From NCBI RefSeq assembly GCF_964355755.1, contig NC_092670.1, forward strand, positions 32,972,388 through 33,036,387: DNA of 64,000 bases, in the 5' to 3' direction. Origin of the DNA: Antedon mediterranea. Lineage: Eukaryota; Animalia; Echinodermata. Of the stretch, positions 26,288 to 38,400 are shown piece after piece. Under the pieces are notes generated by a model. That model saw only the letters and a list, made by a program, of their open reading frames with translations, searched no databases and was not told the DNA's origin. The translations under genes were made by a program, and so were the position numbers. Position 1 is the stretch's first letter. Each line of letters begins with the position of its first letter.

Positions 26288-27509
26288 TATATAGGTGTAA
26301 TTTTAAGTTCTATGAACATAATATACGACATTTTATGTAGTTAAATATTTTATGGTTTTTATCATATATATTGGACTCACTCACTAATTTATGCAACATT
26401 CGCTATGTTTCAAATACATTTTATGTAACAATAAGGCAAAAGAAACTCTGTTGAAATGTGAATTTATCTAAAATAAAAAGCAATGTAAATGAAAATATTT
26501 TGTTATTCAAAATAAAAAGCAATGTTAATATTTTGTTAGTTTAAATAGCTAGTAAGTAGTAATTTACAGTTAAAAGAGAGAATATGCCTTGTTAATTGAA
26601 TATATGTTTGATCGAACAAATGCAACGGTAATAGTATATTATGATTGTAAATATCTATAAAAAAAAAATGAAAAAAAAAATGCTAAGAGAATGGGAATGT
26701 GTTAGAATAGAAATAAAGAAGAAATCAGTACTAGTAGAAATTATATAAGAATAGGATAGATACAAACAAAAACAATAATGATAATATGTTACGAAATGAA
26801 TACAACTGATTGTTCTAATCAGAAGAAAAAACAAACATTGTTAATTGAATATTAGATGTTAAGTAGGATGGATTTATTGAAAATAACATGTATTAATAGA
26901 AATGTATTATATATTATATGAAACGAGAGTATATACAAAAATTGTAATACATTTATGAAAGATTGAATGATGAATAAAGGTGGTGGCTACCACAAAAGAT
27001 AAAAAAAAAAATTCTATGAACAAGAGAATCCGACATAAAAGATTGAATGAATTGATTACGAATACTACTGTGTGTTTAAGTGCTCGCTAGATATGCTGAT
27101 ATAGAGAGTGTGTAAGTGTTCGAAATCTTGCTTGTTGTAACTGTCAATGTTACTGGAAACCGACGACGGATACAGTTGTCACTGCACAATTGCTTTTTGT
27201 AACCATTATATACTAACAGAGAATTTGGGTTTGATTAGAAATTAAAATGAGCCATGATTGTGAAAAATTGGATTGCTAATAATAAAAGTCGTTTAATTTT
27301 TACCTGGCAAATAAAAATGTCATGTTATTATTGTTAATTGTCTGCGTTTTTTGTTGTTGAGAGCTGCCACAATAGTCCGTAGATCTATTGTATATATAAT
27401 GGGAATTGACGATTGGTGTTTACATCAACCTGTACATTTGTATACGAAATAATTTAATTACATTTACATCCAGCTTTACTTTAATGCTAAGATACAACTA
27501 ATATAATTA

Positions 27510-29268
27510 CCATTGTAAAAGACAAAGCAAACTTACTTAACCAATTTTTTTATTCTGTTTTTAGTCCTGTTAACAACGATTTGGATGTTCCTAATCTTCC
27601 TGAATATCCCATCGATTGCTTATCTAAACTTGAGTTTAATCAGGAGGTTATAGAAAAGCACATTAATGAAATTGATTCTCATAAGGCTTCAGGTAATGAT
27701 GGTCTAAGTAATATTGTTTTGTCTTTAGCTGCCAAACCTCTTTCTTTCCCTTGTAAAATTTTATTTGAAAGATGCATTTCTGAAAAACGTTTTCCGATAA
27801 AATGGAAGCAAGCTAACGTGTGCCCTATCTTTAAAGCTGGTTCTAAATCTGATGTACGCAATTATAGACCGGTTTCATTGTTGCCAACTATTTCTAAAGT
27901 TTTTAAAAAAATTGTTCACGACCAAATTTTTAAACATATATCACCAGTTATTAGTGACCATCAACACGGATTTTACCCAGGAAGGTCTTGTGAAACAAAT
28001 TTGTCTGTTCTATTGTCACATGCGTATGACGCAATAAATGCAAAAGGGCAATGCGAAGTTGTATATACAGACATGGCTAAAGCCTTTGACAGGGTCTCCC
28101 ATAAGTTGCTCTTGTTTAAACTTCAACAATTTGGTCTAAATCACGATTTAATTTTATTTTTTACAAGTTATTTATCGGACAGGTTTCAGAGAGTCACTTT
28201 TGATGGTAACGCGTCTGAATGGCTTCCAGTTTTATCTGGCGTGCCTCAGGGGTCTATTTTGGGGCCTCTTTTTTTCATTATGTTTATTAACGATTTTTCC
28301 TTTGTTCCTCGTCATTCTAATGTTCTTATGTTTGCTGACGATATTAAATTATTTAAGTCTATACAAACTTTAAATGATATGTTGTTGTTACAAGAAGACG
28401 TTGACAGACTCATTCACTGGTGCGACACTTGGAATATGTCAGTCAATGCCTCTAAATGCAAATCAATGTCTTTTACTCTTAAGAAAAAACCCATCTATTT
28501 TGACTTTTATATTAAGAATATTATACTTGAAAGAGTCTCTGTTCACAAAGACCTTGGTGTTTTTTTAGATAGTTCATTAACCTTCTGTAAACATATTGAT
28601 TTTATAGTCTCTAAATGCAATAGACTTTTGGGTTTTCTTTGGAGACATTACAGACATATCAACGATAAAAAGGCATTAGTTATTTTATACATATCTTTAG
28701 TTAGGTCGAATCTTGAATTCTGCAGTGTTATTTTTAACTCTATTTCTCTTGCCCAGTCTTCTAGATTACAAAGTGTACAGAACAAGTTTTGTCGATTTTA
28801 TGTGCGTAAATTTGGTTCTATTAGCAAAGACGTTCTTATTAATTTAGCGGGTAGGCGTAAGTTATTTGATTTAATTTTTCTTTTTAAGGCTGTGAACTCA
28901 ATTTTTCATGGTAATTTTGAAGTGTACTTTCCTATTTCTGTTCCACAATATCAATTGCGTTATCCTGCTTTATTTTCTATATCAAGAGGGAGGGTAAATA
29001 TTACTAAAAATGGTTTTGTTAATCGTTTGCCTAAGTTATACCACTCACTATGTAAAATTGATGGATCTGTTGATATTTTTTTTGATTCCCTTGCTTGTTT
29101 CCGTCACAAGGTTTTGTCTAATGTCAGTAATATTTAAATGTTGTCTTGTTATCTGTTGATTTTTGCTTGTATATTATATGTTATATTTTACGACTTTCAG
29201 CCCTGTTAATGGTGACGTTTGGTCACTGTAGGGTGATGATAAAATAAAATAAAAAAATAAAATAAAAA
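27510..29268 (+). mobile_element. 5'-truncated CR1-group LINE with an open RT frame (27581-29137)
   Basis: Motifs NYRPVSLL, DMAKAFDRV, GVPQGSILGP, FADD and KDLGV; 3' stem-loop near 29200-29235 and an (AAAAT)n tail. Confidence 0.9.
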
Positions 29269-29469
29269 TTAATTTCGTAAATTTATATACAAGAACGTAA
29301 AGTAACCGGCACAAAATGAATTGTAAACCGACTGGTTTAGAGTATATTAGTATGTGTAAACTACGCTAGAAGACATTTCACAAGCAAATCACCCCAACAT
29401 TATGGAAAACATAATAACAGATTTAAACTAACAAAATATGGACAGTACAGAAACTCAAATAGAAACTAT

Positions 29470-29830
29470 CATCATCACAGATGATGAAATGCGTAATAAC
29501 CAAAATTGACAGTAGTGTACGTACGTCTTCATTTATGCATCAAACTACAGAAATAAAAATAAACGCATTGATGAAATGGCTAATTTTAAATACTATTGAG
29601 TAAAATATGCAACAAACTATTACACTTGATTGAATATTACTTTGATTTATACCTATTCTAATATAGGTAAAATACCTACCTGAATGGATCACACAAAATG
29701 ATGAACATTAAATACACGCCAATTAATTTGATTGAAAAAGACTAATATTCTCGTACCGTGCAAGAAATAACTTATTGTACAATGCATCTCCACAAGTTAC
29801 CATGGTTTTACTTGTCATACGTACATCTTG
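29470..29830 (-). pseudogene. Decayed duplicate of the copy A first exon and its upstream region
   Basis: gtaataaccaaaattgacagtagtgtac and upstream blocks (acctgaatg, acacgccaat, gttaccatggt) match 22704-23030. The ATG is out of frame and the splice donor is lost. Confidence 0.65.
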
Positions 29831-30435
29831 AATAATGATTTGATGAACAACTATTAAAAATTATATATTTTATATTTCATACAATAAAAAAAAAAATAAC
29901 AAGGCAACCATACACCAACATACATGCATTTTATTTACTGAATACATTAAATACAATATCTCAATTAAGTAGTTATATACAAAATGCCAAATGTGATTAG
30001 AAAGCGGTAGATAATAATAATAAAACATTTACAACATTATTGAAATTCTGTTAAATACAGAAATATAAAACCGTGATTTAGTTATAGATATGAGATTCAG
30101 CAAACATTGATAAAATACAATGTACAAATTAATAACTTCCGGTAGTAAAACCGTGATAAAATAAGTTTTAAACATTGTGAAATAAATGTCAAGTATAGTT
30201 ACAACAGATACAAACATTATTTAAAAATCGATTGCTGGTTAATTTATTAGAGCATTGCACAACTGTTGAGTAGTTAACAAAACCACTGGTTCTGCCGATC
30301 ACGAGGGATTTTAACACATTTTTTTTGTATTTATTTAATGTCGACATATTGCAAATAAATGGGAATTAATATTCTATATGAAGTTCTAGCAAGACAATCT
30401 AACAACAGCACATTGAGCTTGCCTTGCCAAGATAG

Positions 30436-33400
30436 TGTGATGTGTTTGTCACATGGAAGTGAGCCCTCTAGAGAAAAAGAGAGGGAGATGAATAAAGATG
30501 GACGACAACTACAACGTGTTTTGTTATGTTCTTATTGTTGGTTTCAGCCTAACGAGCGAGCCCGTAACAAATTGGGGGGTCATCCGTGAACAAAGTACGG
30601 AATTGTAGTTGTAGATCGAACTGATGGTAATTTTAGTTACTTATTCTAAGCTGGTTTTAGGTTTAGAGGCGTTTTATAACGAACGAGGTTTGGCGGTCGT
30701 CGAGCCAGTACACTGTGTTATTGTTTTAGGCTTGTGTAGGCTTGCCTGTGGTAGTAGAAGTCGGTTTGGCTTTGATTTTAGGGGTCTAGTTATTGAGACC
30801 ACGGCGCACGGTAGGTTTGATACTGTGTGGGTTTAGCAGGTATTTCATTACTGGTGCCTTAATTATCGTCATATTGGTTATTATTTTAACATGTGTTTTT
30901 GTTTGTTTCGAATAGAAACTATGTCAGAAAGTGATTTTGACGAGGAATTTTTGGACAGCATGTCCATTGAGGTGGTAGCTCAGCTATCAGAGGAGCGTTT
31001 GCGACTCCTAGGTACTAGGGTTGGAGCATCTATAAATGATTCCATGAATAAATATGACTTGATAAATGTGATTGGAAATCATGTTGGTTTAATCATGAAT
31101 CCGTAAAAACTGCGGGGAATGAGGTCGAGTTGGCTAGAATTGAGTTGGAACGTGAAAAATTGATTTTTGAAAGAAGAAAAATAGAGATGCAAACTCAAAG
31201 AGAAATGGAAAAAGAAAAACATGAATTTGAGTTAAGAAAATTAGAATTAGCTAACCAAATGGGTCACACCACACGGGTTTCTACACCTAATGATTCAGAG
31301 ATTACTCAGAATATTAAATGGGTTCCAAAGTTGAGGACAAGGTAGAGACATATTTTTTAGCTTTTGAGAAAATTGCTAATAGATTAAAGTGGCCTGCTAG
31401 ACACTGGACTGTGTTGTTACAAACTGCTCTTGTGGGTAAAGCCCAAGAGGTATTTTCTGCATTGGGTGATGATCAATGTGAAAGCTATGATGCGGTTAAA
31501 ACTGCTGTTTTGTCAGCTTATGAGTTAGTTCCAGAGGCGTATCGTCAGACATTTAGGAACTTAGGTAAACCTTATGATCAAACGTTTACAGAATTTGCAC
31601 GTAAGAAGCAGATTCTTTTTGATAGATGGTGTAGTTCGGAAGGAGTAAAGGGTGAATTTGGAAAGCTTCGTGAGCTTATGTTAGTTGAGGAGTTTAAATC
31701 TTGTTCCCCTACTGAAGTTCGTACACATCTGGAGAAGCAGAAAGTTGATAATTTAATGAAAGTGGCTTCTGTTGCCGATAATTATGTGCTCACGCACAAG
31801 GTTGTGGATACCAAATCGGTTTCCAAATCTGTTGATGATTCTAAGGTCCAAAGTCAGAAAACTACAGTTAATAACAGTAGTAGTAAATTTGTCAGAACTT
31901 GTTTTTACTGCAAAAAAAAGGGTCATATAAAGGCAGATTGCTGGTTGTTTCAAAGCAAAGCTAAAGGGGATAATAAGAAACCCCAATCACTTCCAAACAC
32001 GTTAGTAAATACAGTCCCGTTGAAAGTGACAGCGAGTCATGACGTTGATGAATGTGAGAATGTGATCCAATCTTCAGGTCCGGAAAAAGTGCGAAAGCTA
32101 TTTAAGTCTTTCCTCTCTACTGGTTCTGTAGCATTGATCAACGATGTGAATCTGAGTAAAGTTCGTGTCTTAAGAGACACAGGGGCGTCACAATCCCTGA
32201 TAATAAAATCGGCATTGTCATTTTCAAACGAGTCTTCTGCTGGAGCAAGTGTGCTCATTCAAGGTGTTGAAGGGGGTTATAAAGAAGTCCCACTTCATGT
32301 AATTCGGATTGAAACAGATATTGTTAGCGGAAATTTTGTTGTCGGTGTCGTTCCAAGTCTTTCAGTATGAGGTGTCAAAGATATTTAAACAAGTCTTAGA
32401 GCAGTTAGGTGTTGCCCATATAAGTTCAAGTGCTTACCATCCACAGTCTCAAGGGGCACTTGAGAGATTTCATCAAACACTTAAGAATATGATTAAAACC
32501 TATTGTTTTCAATGTGAAAAGGAATGGGATGAGGGAGTTCCCTTATTGTTATTCGCTGTTCGTGAAACAGTGCAAGAGTCCTTAGGGTTTAGCCCATTTG
32601 GGTTGGTGTATGGTCATTCGGTCCGAGGCCCTCTTAAAATAGTCAAAGAAAGGCTGTTAGGGAATGCAGAAGAGTCTGTATCGATACTAGATTATGTGTC
32701 TGAATTTTGTGATCGATTAAATCGTGCTCGTGAGATGGCTAGAAAGAATCTTGTGAAGGCTCAGGGTAAAATAAAGAGATTGTTTGATAGGAAATCAGAA
32801 AAGAGAAGCTTTAATTCAGGTGATGAAGTGTTAGTTATGTTGCCTCTTCCCAGTCAACCATTATCTGCAAGATTTGCTGGTCCTTACAAAGTATTAGAAA
32901 GAGTAGGAGAAGTTGACTATGTGTTAGATACTCCAGATAGGCGTAAGAAGAAGCGATTGTGTCATATAAACATGTTGAAACCATACACAGCGAGAAATAA
33001 TAGCGATACCTGTACGTCAACACCAGTTGCGTGTGTTGTTGAAGAGAATTCTGAAGAGTTTGGTGATCCTGATACATGTGTTAAGTTCAGTAATTCAGAT
33101 GTTCTTGCAAACATTGAAGAGAAAGTTGGTCATTTATCTCGTGATCGTAAGGTTAAAATTGTTAGTTTGATATTTGGAAATCTGCAGTTGTTTTCGGATG
33201 TTCCAGTTCTGAACGAACTTAGTGGAGCATGACGTTAAGACAGCTGATTGTTCACCAATAAAACAAAATCCATATAGAGCAAATCCGTTCAAGATGAAGA
33301 TATTACAAAATGAGATTGATTACATGATTAAGAATGATATAATCGAGCCTAGTTGCAGTGCTTGGAGTTCTCCATGTATATTAGTTCCAAAGCCAGATAA

Positions 33401-34916
33401 ATCGTATCGTTTTTGTACTGATTATCGGAAGGTTAATGCTAAATCTACTACAGATTCATATCCCATACCGAGGATAGACGACTGTATTGATCGTGTGGGT
33501 AGTGCTAAGTTTGTCAGTAAATTTGATCTTCTAATGGGTTACTGGCAAATTCCTTTAACCGAGCGAGCGAAAGAAGTGTCAGCTTTTGTAACTCCCATGG
33601 GTCTTTATCAGTATAAAGTCATGCCTTTCGGTTTAAAGAATGCACCAGCCACGTTCCAGAGATTGGTTAATGGTATAATTTCAGGGTTGGAGGGCTGTGA
33701 AGCTTATATAGACGATTTGGTTGTTTATAGTGATACATGGGATGTTCATGTGCAGAGAATTAAGGCATTGTTTGACAGGTTGATAGCTGCAAAGTTGACA
33801 GTAAATTTGGTGAAAAGCAAGTTTTCCTGTGCAGAAATTGTGTTCTTAGGTCATAAAGTTGGTTGCGGAAAAGTGAAACCATTAAGTGCTAAGATTAAGG
33901 CAGTCTGTGATTTCCCAGTTCCAAAGAGTAAGCAGGAGTTAATGCGTTTCCTGGGAATGCCTGGGTTTTATCGACGTTTTTGCAGAAGTTTCTCCACGCT
34001 TGTAGCTCCATTAACGAATCTGCTGAAAAAGAATGCGAGCTTTGTGTGGTTGGAGGAATGCAATGATGCGTTCATTAAAGTTAAAGCGATGTTATCAAAT
34101 GAACCAGTGTTGATGGCTCCACAATTTGAAAAAACAGTTCTCGTTGATGATTGATGCCAGTGATGTTGGTTCTGGTGCTGTGTTGGCGCAAACAGACGAG
34201 AATGGTGTTGACAAGCCTGTGTGTTTCTACTCAAGAAAATTCAAACAGCATGAGAAACGTTATTCTACTGTTGAGAAGGAGACATTAGCTTTGATGTCAG
34301 CGTTAAAGCACTTTGAAGTGTATCTTGGATCTACTCCGTTTCCAATTGTAGTTTGGACTGACCACAACCCATTAACGTTCTTGGCAAGAATGAAGGACAA
34401 GAATCAACGCCTGTTGAGATGGAGTTTAGCAGTTCAAGAAATAAATCTGGAAATTCATCATATCAGAGGAAAAGACAATGTTGTAGCTGACGCTTTGTCA
34501 AGAGTTTAGATAAAACATGCATGAAATGATTTTAAAAGTTTTGTTGATTTTAAAAGTATTTATTTAATTGTAATATGTTAGTTGTGATAGAGTGATGCAT
34601 TAATGGCATACACGGATTTAAAGTAATTAGAACTTGTGAAATTTTAAAGAAGCAGTTGAAGTAAATTCATATCAACGACCTGTTAAAATACCGTAACTAC
34701 TGTATAAGAAAAGATTTAAGATGTTATAGTAAACAGTTATAAGTTTAATCATATCAAACTTTCTTTAAGTGGGGGTGTGTGATGTGTTTGTCACACGGAA
34801 GTGAGCTCTCTAGAGAAAAAGAGAGGGAGATGAATAAAGATGGACCGGACGACAACTACAACGTGTTTTGTTATGTTCTTATTGTTGGTTTCAGCCTAAC
34901 GAGCGAGCCCGTAACA
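30436..34916 (+). mobile_element. Gmr1-type Ty3/Gypsy LTR retrotransposon (gag-PR-IN-RT-RH), internally deleted
   Basis: TG...CA LTRs at 30436-30569 and 34778-34916; TSD ATAG; tRNA-Pro-like PBS TGGGGGGTCATCCG; PPT before the 3' LTR; CCHC knuckle; LRDTGA protease; integrase C-half (YHPQSQGALER, GPY); RT YIDD; RNase H DAS..TDH. Frameshifts are present and the integrase N-half is missing at about 32370. Confidence 0.93.
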
Positions 34917-35472
34917 ATAGTAACAGTCTTTGGCTGCGACAAATACCAATAGTAAGGAGCGTGTATCTGATCGTGTCGCAGCCACAGATAAATACTTTGA
35001 TCCCGAAGCTCAGTATCCTATTTTTAGAATGCCTTGGTCCTAGAAGCATCTTAGATCTTGAGATATTAACATTGTAAACATCATAATTGGTTAATCTTGT
35101 CCAATTCAGATACTCGATTAAATGGAAATAAATTCATGCTTGCATGGCTTACAATTGATCATAACTTTTAAAATAATTGGTCAAATTGTACAAGCTTTAC
35201 ATTATTTCCAAGCTTATTATCATTTAACGTGTACGTGCGTGTATTGTGCAGTAACAACAATGAAGAACAAAATCTATTTAATAAGTGTGTAAACTATAGA
35301 AAATGACGTTATATGCCTATACATATTTTAGTAGAGCATCCATAAACTACACAAATATTTCAATGTTAATTAACCCAAGCATTTAAGGCACAACATCGTT
35401 GCAAACCATACATTACATTACGTTCATTTAAACAAATATCTAGCGAATGTTTGGTATCAATACTTTTAAAAC

Positions 35473-38400
35473 TCATGTTACTCGCGTGGTCACCGTTGAC
35501 GTTGCAATCTGGTTCCTTTTAAACCTCTTCTTAAAACATTCGTTTGTCTAAAATTCGAGCAAAACATAACAGTTATAGTAGAATTAAATGAATTAAGTAT
35601 TTTAAGTTTTTCTTATACCCATTACATGATGTAGGCCTATGTACGTGTGATTTCCGTGTACTAATCTTATCAGCTTGGCCAACAGACAATTCCACCAACC
35701 TAGTTGTCATTTGAACTTATTTTCGGTGGCAATAATGATGATGATGATGATGGTGGTGGCGATTAAGATGGTGGTAATCGTACAAATAGTACTAATATAA
35801 TGATAATACCAATACCTCGTTATCAAGTACGCAGTAGATGATGAATATAAATATGCCTTGGCATCCGTTCAACACGTTGAATATGTAATCAATACATTTT
35901 GTATCAGAACTGACAGCGAATGGTCCAATGAGCCACGTGGTACCCATTAGAGGTAAAAGCATTGCAGTTCCTTTTGCTGCTTTCCTGTACATTTTGATAA
36001 GAATTGTAATGACAAAATTAAAATGGAAACTGCAACGTTTATACCATATTCTGTAAAAGGTCTTAATTTAAAAATTGTTTTAAGTTTAAAATTAGTTCTA
36101 ACCTCAGCTGTTTAAATGTGGTTTTCTCTCTTGTTGATTTTCCTACCATGTTTCCAGATCGTTTGAAGATTGTCAAGACAACGTAGATCAAAATAGCTGT
36201 ATTAATCTGAAAAATATCGATATTGCTTTTTTGATTTTGAGTTAGAGCTTTGGATTTCATGACAACAAAATTGGCGCATAGGCAAATTTGTTTTGGTATT
36301 GGTCACAAAAGAATTGCGTAGTTGTGCAGTAACGATGGTTGTTTATTGCGCATGACCAAACGAAACGCCTTCAAATATTTTCTTGAAAGATGGTATGATT
36401 GTGTCTTCATTTATCTATCTTCCTCGCCATTTTGTAAACATATACTACCAAGTGAATTTAGTCTTACCAAAGCAATGCACGCCGCCGGTGCTACAAACGT
36501 CCATATCATTCCTGTTTCTGCACTAAGCCAACATCTAGAATAACAATTAAGAATTTAAAAAAAACATTGAAATAACATTGGTATTATAATAATTATCGAA
36601 TTACTTCTTAGTTACTAATGTAAACAAATAACATTATTAGATAACTTACAGGTTATCGACATTAAACTTAGAAGCACATGATCCAACAGAAATCGATACA
36701 ATCACAAAGGAAACTCCATAACAGAATACGAAATAATACCGAAGTAGGTAGAAGTTGGCGTTACTCGACGTAAAAAGCTTAGACTGTAAGTACACTGCTT
36801 CTGTGCACATCCAAGTGAATGTATTAAGTGATGTAAAATGTAGGAAAATGCTTATACATTTACATAACATCTTTAAAATAAATTTTCAACATAATAAGTA
36901 GAATTCAAAAAAGAATGGAACACATCATAATAGGCCTACTAAAAATAGAATGTTAACTTGATGATTAACTGAAATGAACAAAGGAAATACTAATGGTTAC
37001 ATTATTAAAACTTACCTCATTTTCTGTTTTGTCGATTCCAAATAAGAACAGAGATTGCATTATAATCATATTAATTACTAAGTTCTTGTGAATTGAATTC
37101 CGCACAGATTTCCACAATTCACTATGTAAAAATTTAGATTTAAATACATTTTTATATAATATTTACGACTTAACGAGTTGTTATAAGTTTATTTTAACTA
37201 ACCCCATTGACGAAAAAAAAAATACTGAAACTTACGGAAATGAGACGTAAATGATGAGTGTTATCACCAAAGCGATAACTGATAGTGATACACACACTGT
37301 TGACATCACACTAAGAGGTTTACTGTCTTTAACAGAAACCTGCAGATACGGTACACAATGTGTATATGTGAATTTTTTTTAAAGATCTTTTTGTCATGAT
37401 TTAAAAGGTATTTTATTTAAATTATTAATATACTGCAAGTTACAAGTTAAATACCCCAAAAACAACTATCGTATTATAAATGTACTATACTGACAAATTG
37501 GTGGTTAACATTTTTCGAAGTAAGTCAAAATGACAATGGTGTAGGGTGAACCTTTATTGAGTGGAAACCAAATAAGGGTATTCGGAAAATGACGAATCTC
37601 AACAAATATTAGTTTGCTAACTTACATTGTCTGTTGTAACTTTCATTAACACGCTAAAACTCGTTAGATGTTCAGAATAACACAACACTTGATCCTGAGA
37701 ATACGACGTAGTGACCATACCGGCATCACTCCAAGTACTGTACAAGAACAAAAGCAGAAGGCAGCATTGGTGAGTCATGATAAAAATGTATGCAAAGCAG
37801 GTAACAAAAAAGAAGAATAATTTCCAAGTTTTAAATGGTGAAAATTATTACCTGTATAAATCCTGTTGTTGATGTATTGGTGTAACACAAGATAATTCAT
37901 GTCCATTCTGAATATATTTTATCGCATTACGGAAGGTTGTTTAACCGTAAAAGATGAACATAATTCTAACTTACCTTCGATTTTCATCGAAGAATACACA
38001 AACTGGCTCCGATTGATCTTCTTTAGTTATTAAGGAACTCTTAAGCAATATAATTAACAACACTATATATTAGTGATTAGTAATTAGTAAAATTTAAATA
38101 CTAATTTTTAATTCAGGATTTCATAACAATTATAAACATTATCTACTGCTGGTAATCAGTTAAAGAAGAAGCAATTCAAATTTTCAAATCTTAAATGATA
38201 CAAAAGTTGATAGAAATTAATTTAAATATACTTTAATTAAGTATTACTAGATGGTACGCTCGCTTCGCTCGCGTACCATCTAGGTCGTGCCCACAGATGG
38301 TTCTCGAATACTAATAATGTCAGCGTTAAAAAACTGGCGATTTCAAATGTACGTACCGCAGGACAATAATACATGTCGTTTACAGGAACGAATAAATAGA

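Noticed and set aside
27085-27130. CTGAT...CGAAA hammerhead-like core
   Set aside because: The CUGANGA core is incomplete and stems I and II cannot form.
35473-35490. C-terminal PDZ-binding motif in the receptors
   Set aside because: The ends (..TRVT, ..TQMT) lack the terminal hydrophobic residue of canonical motifs.
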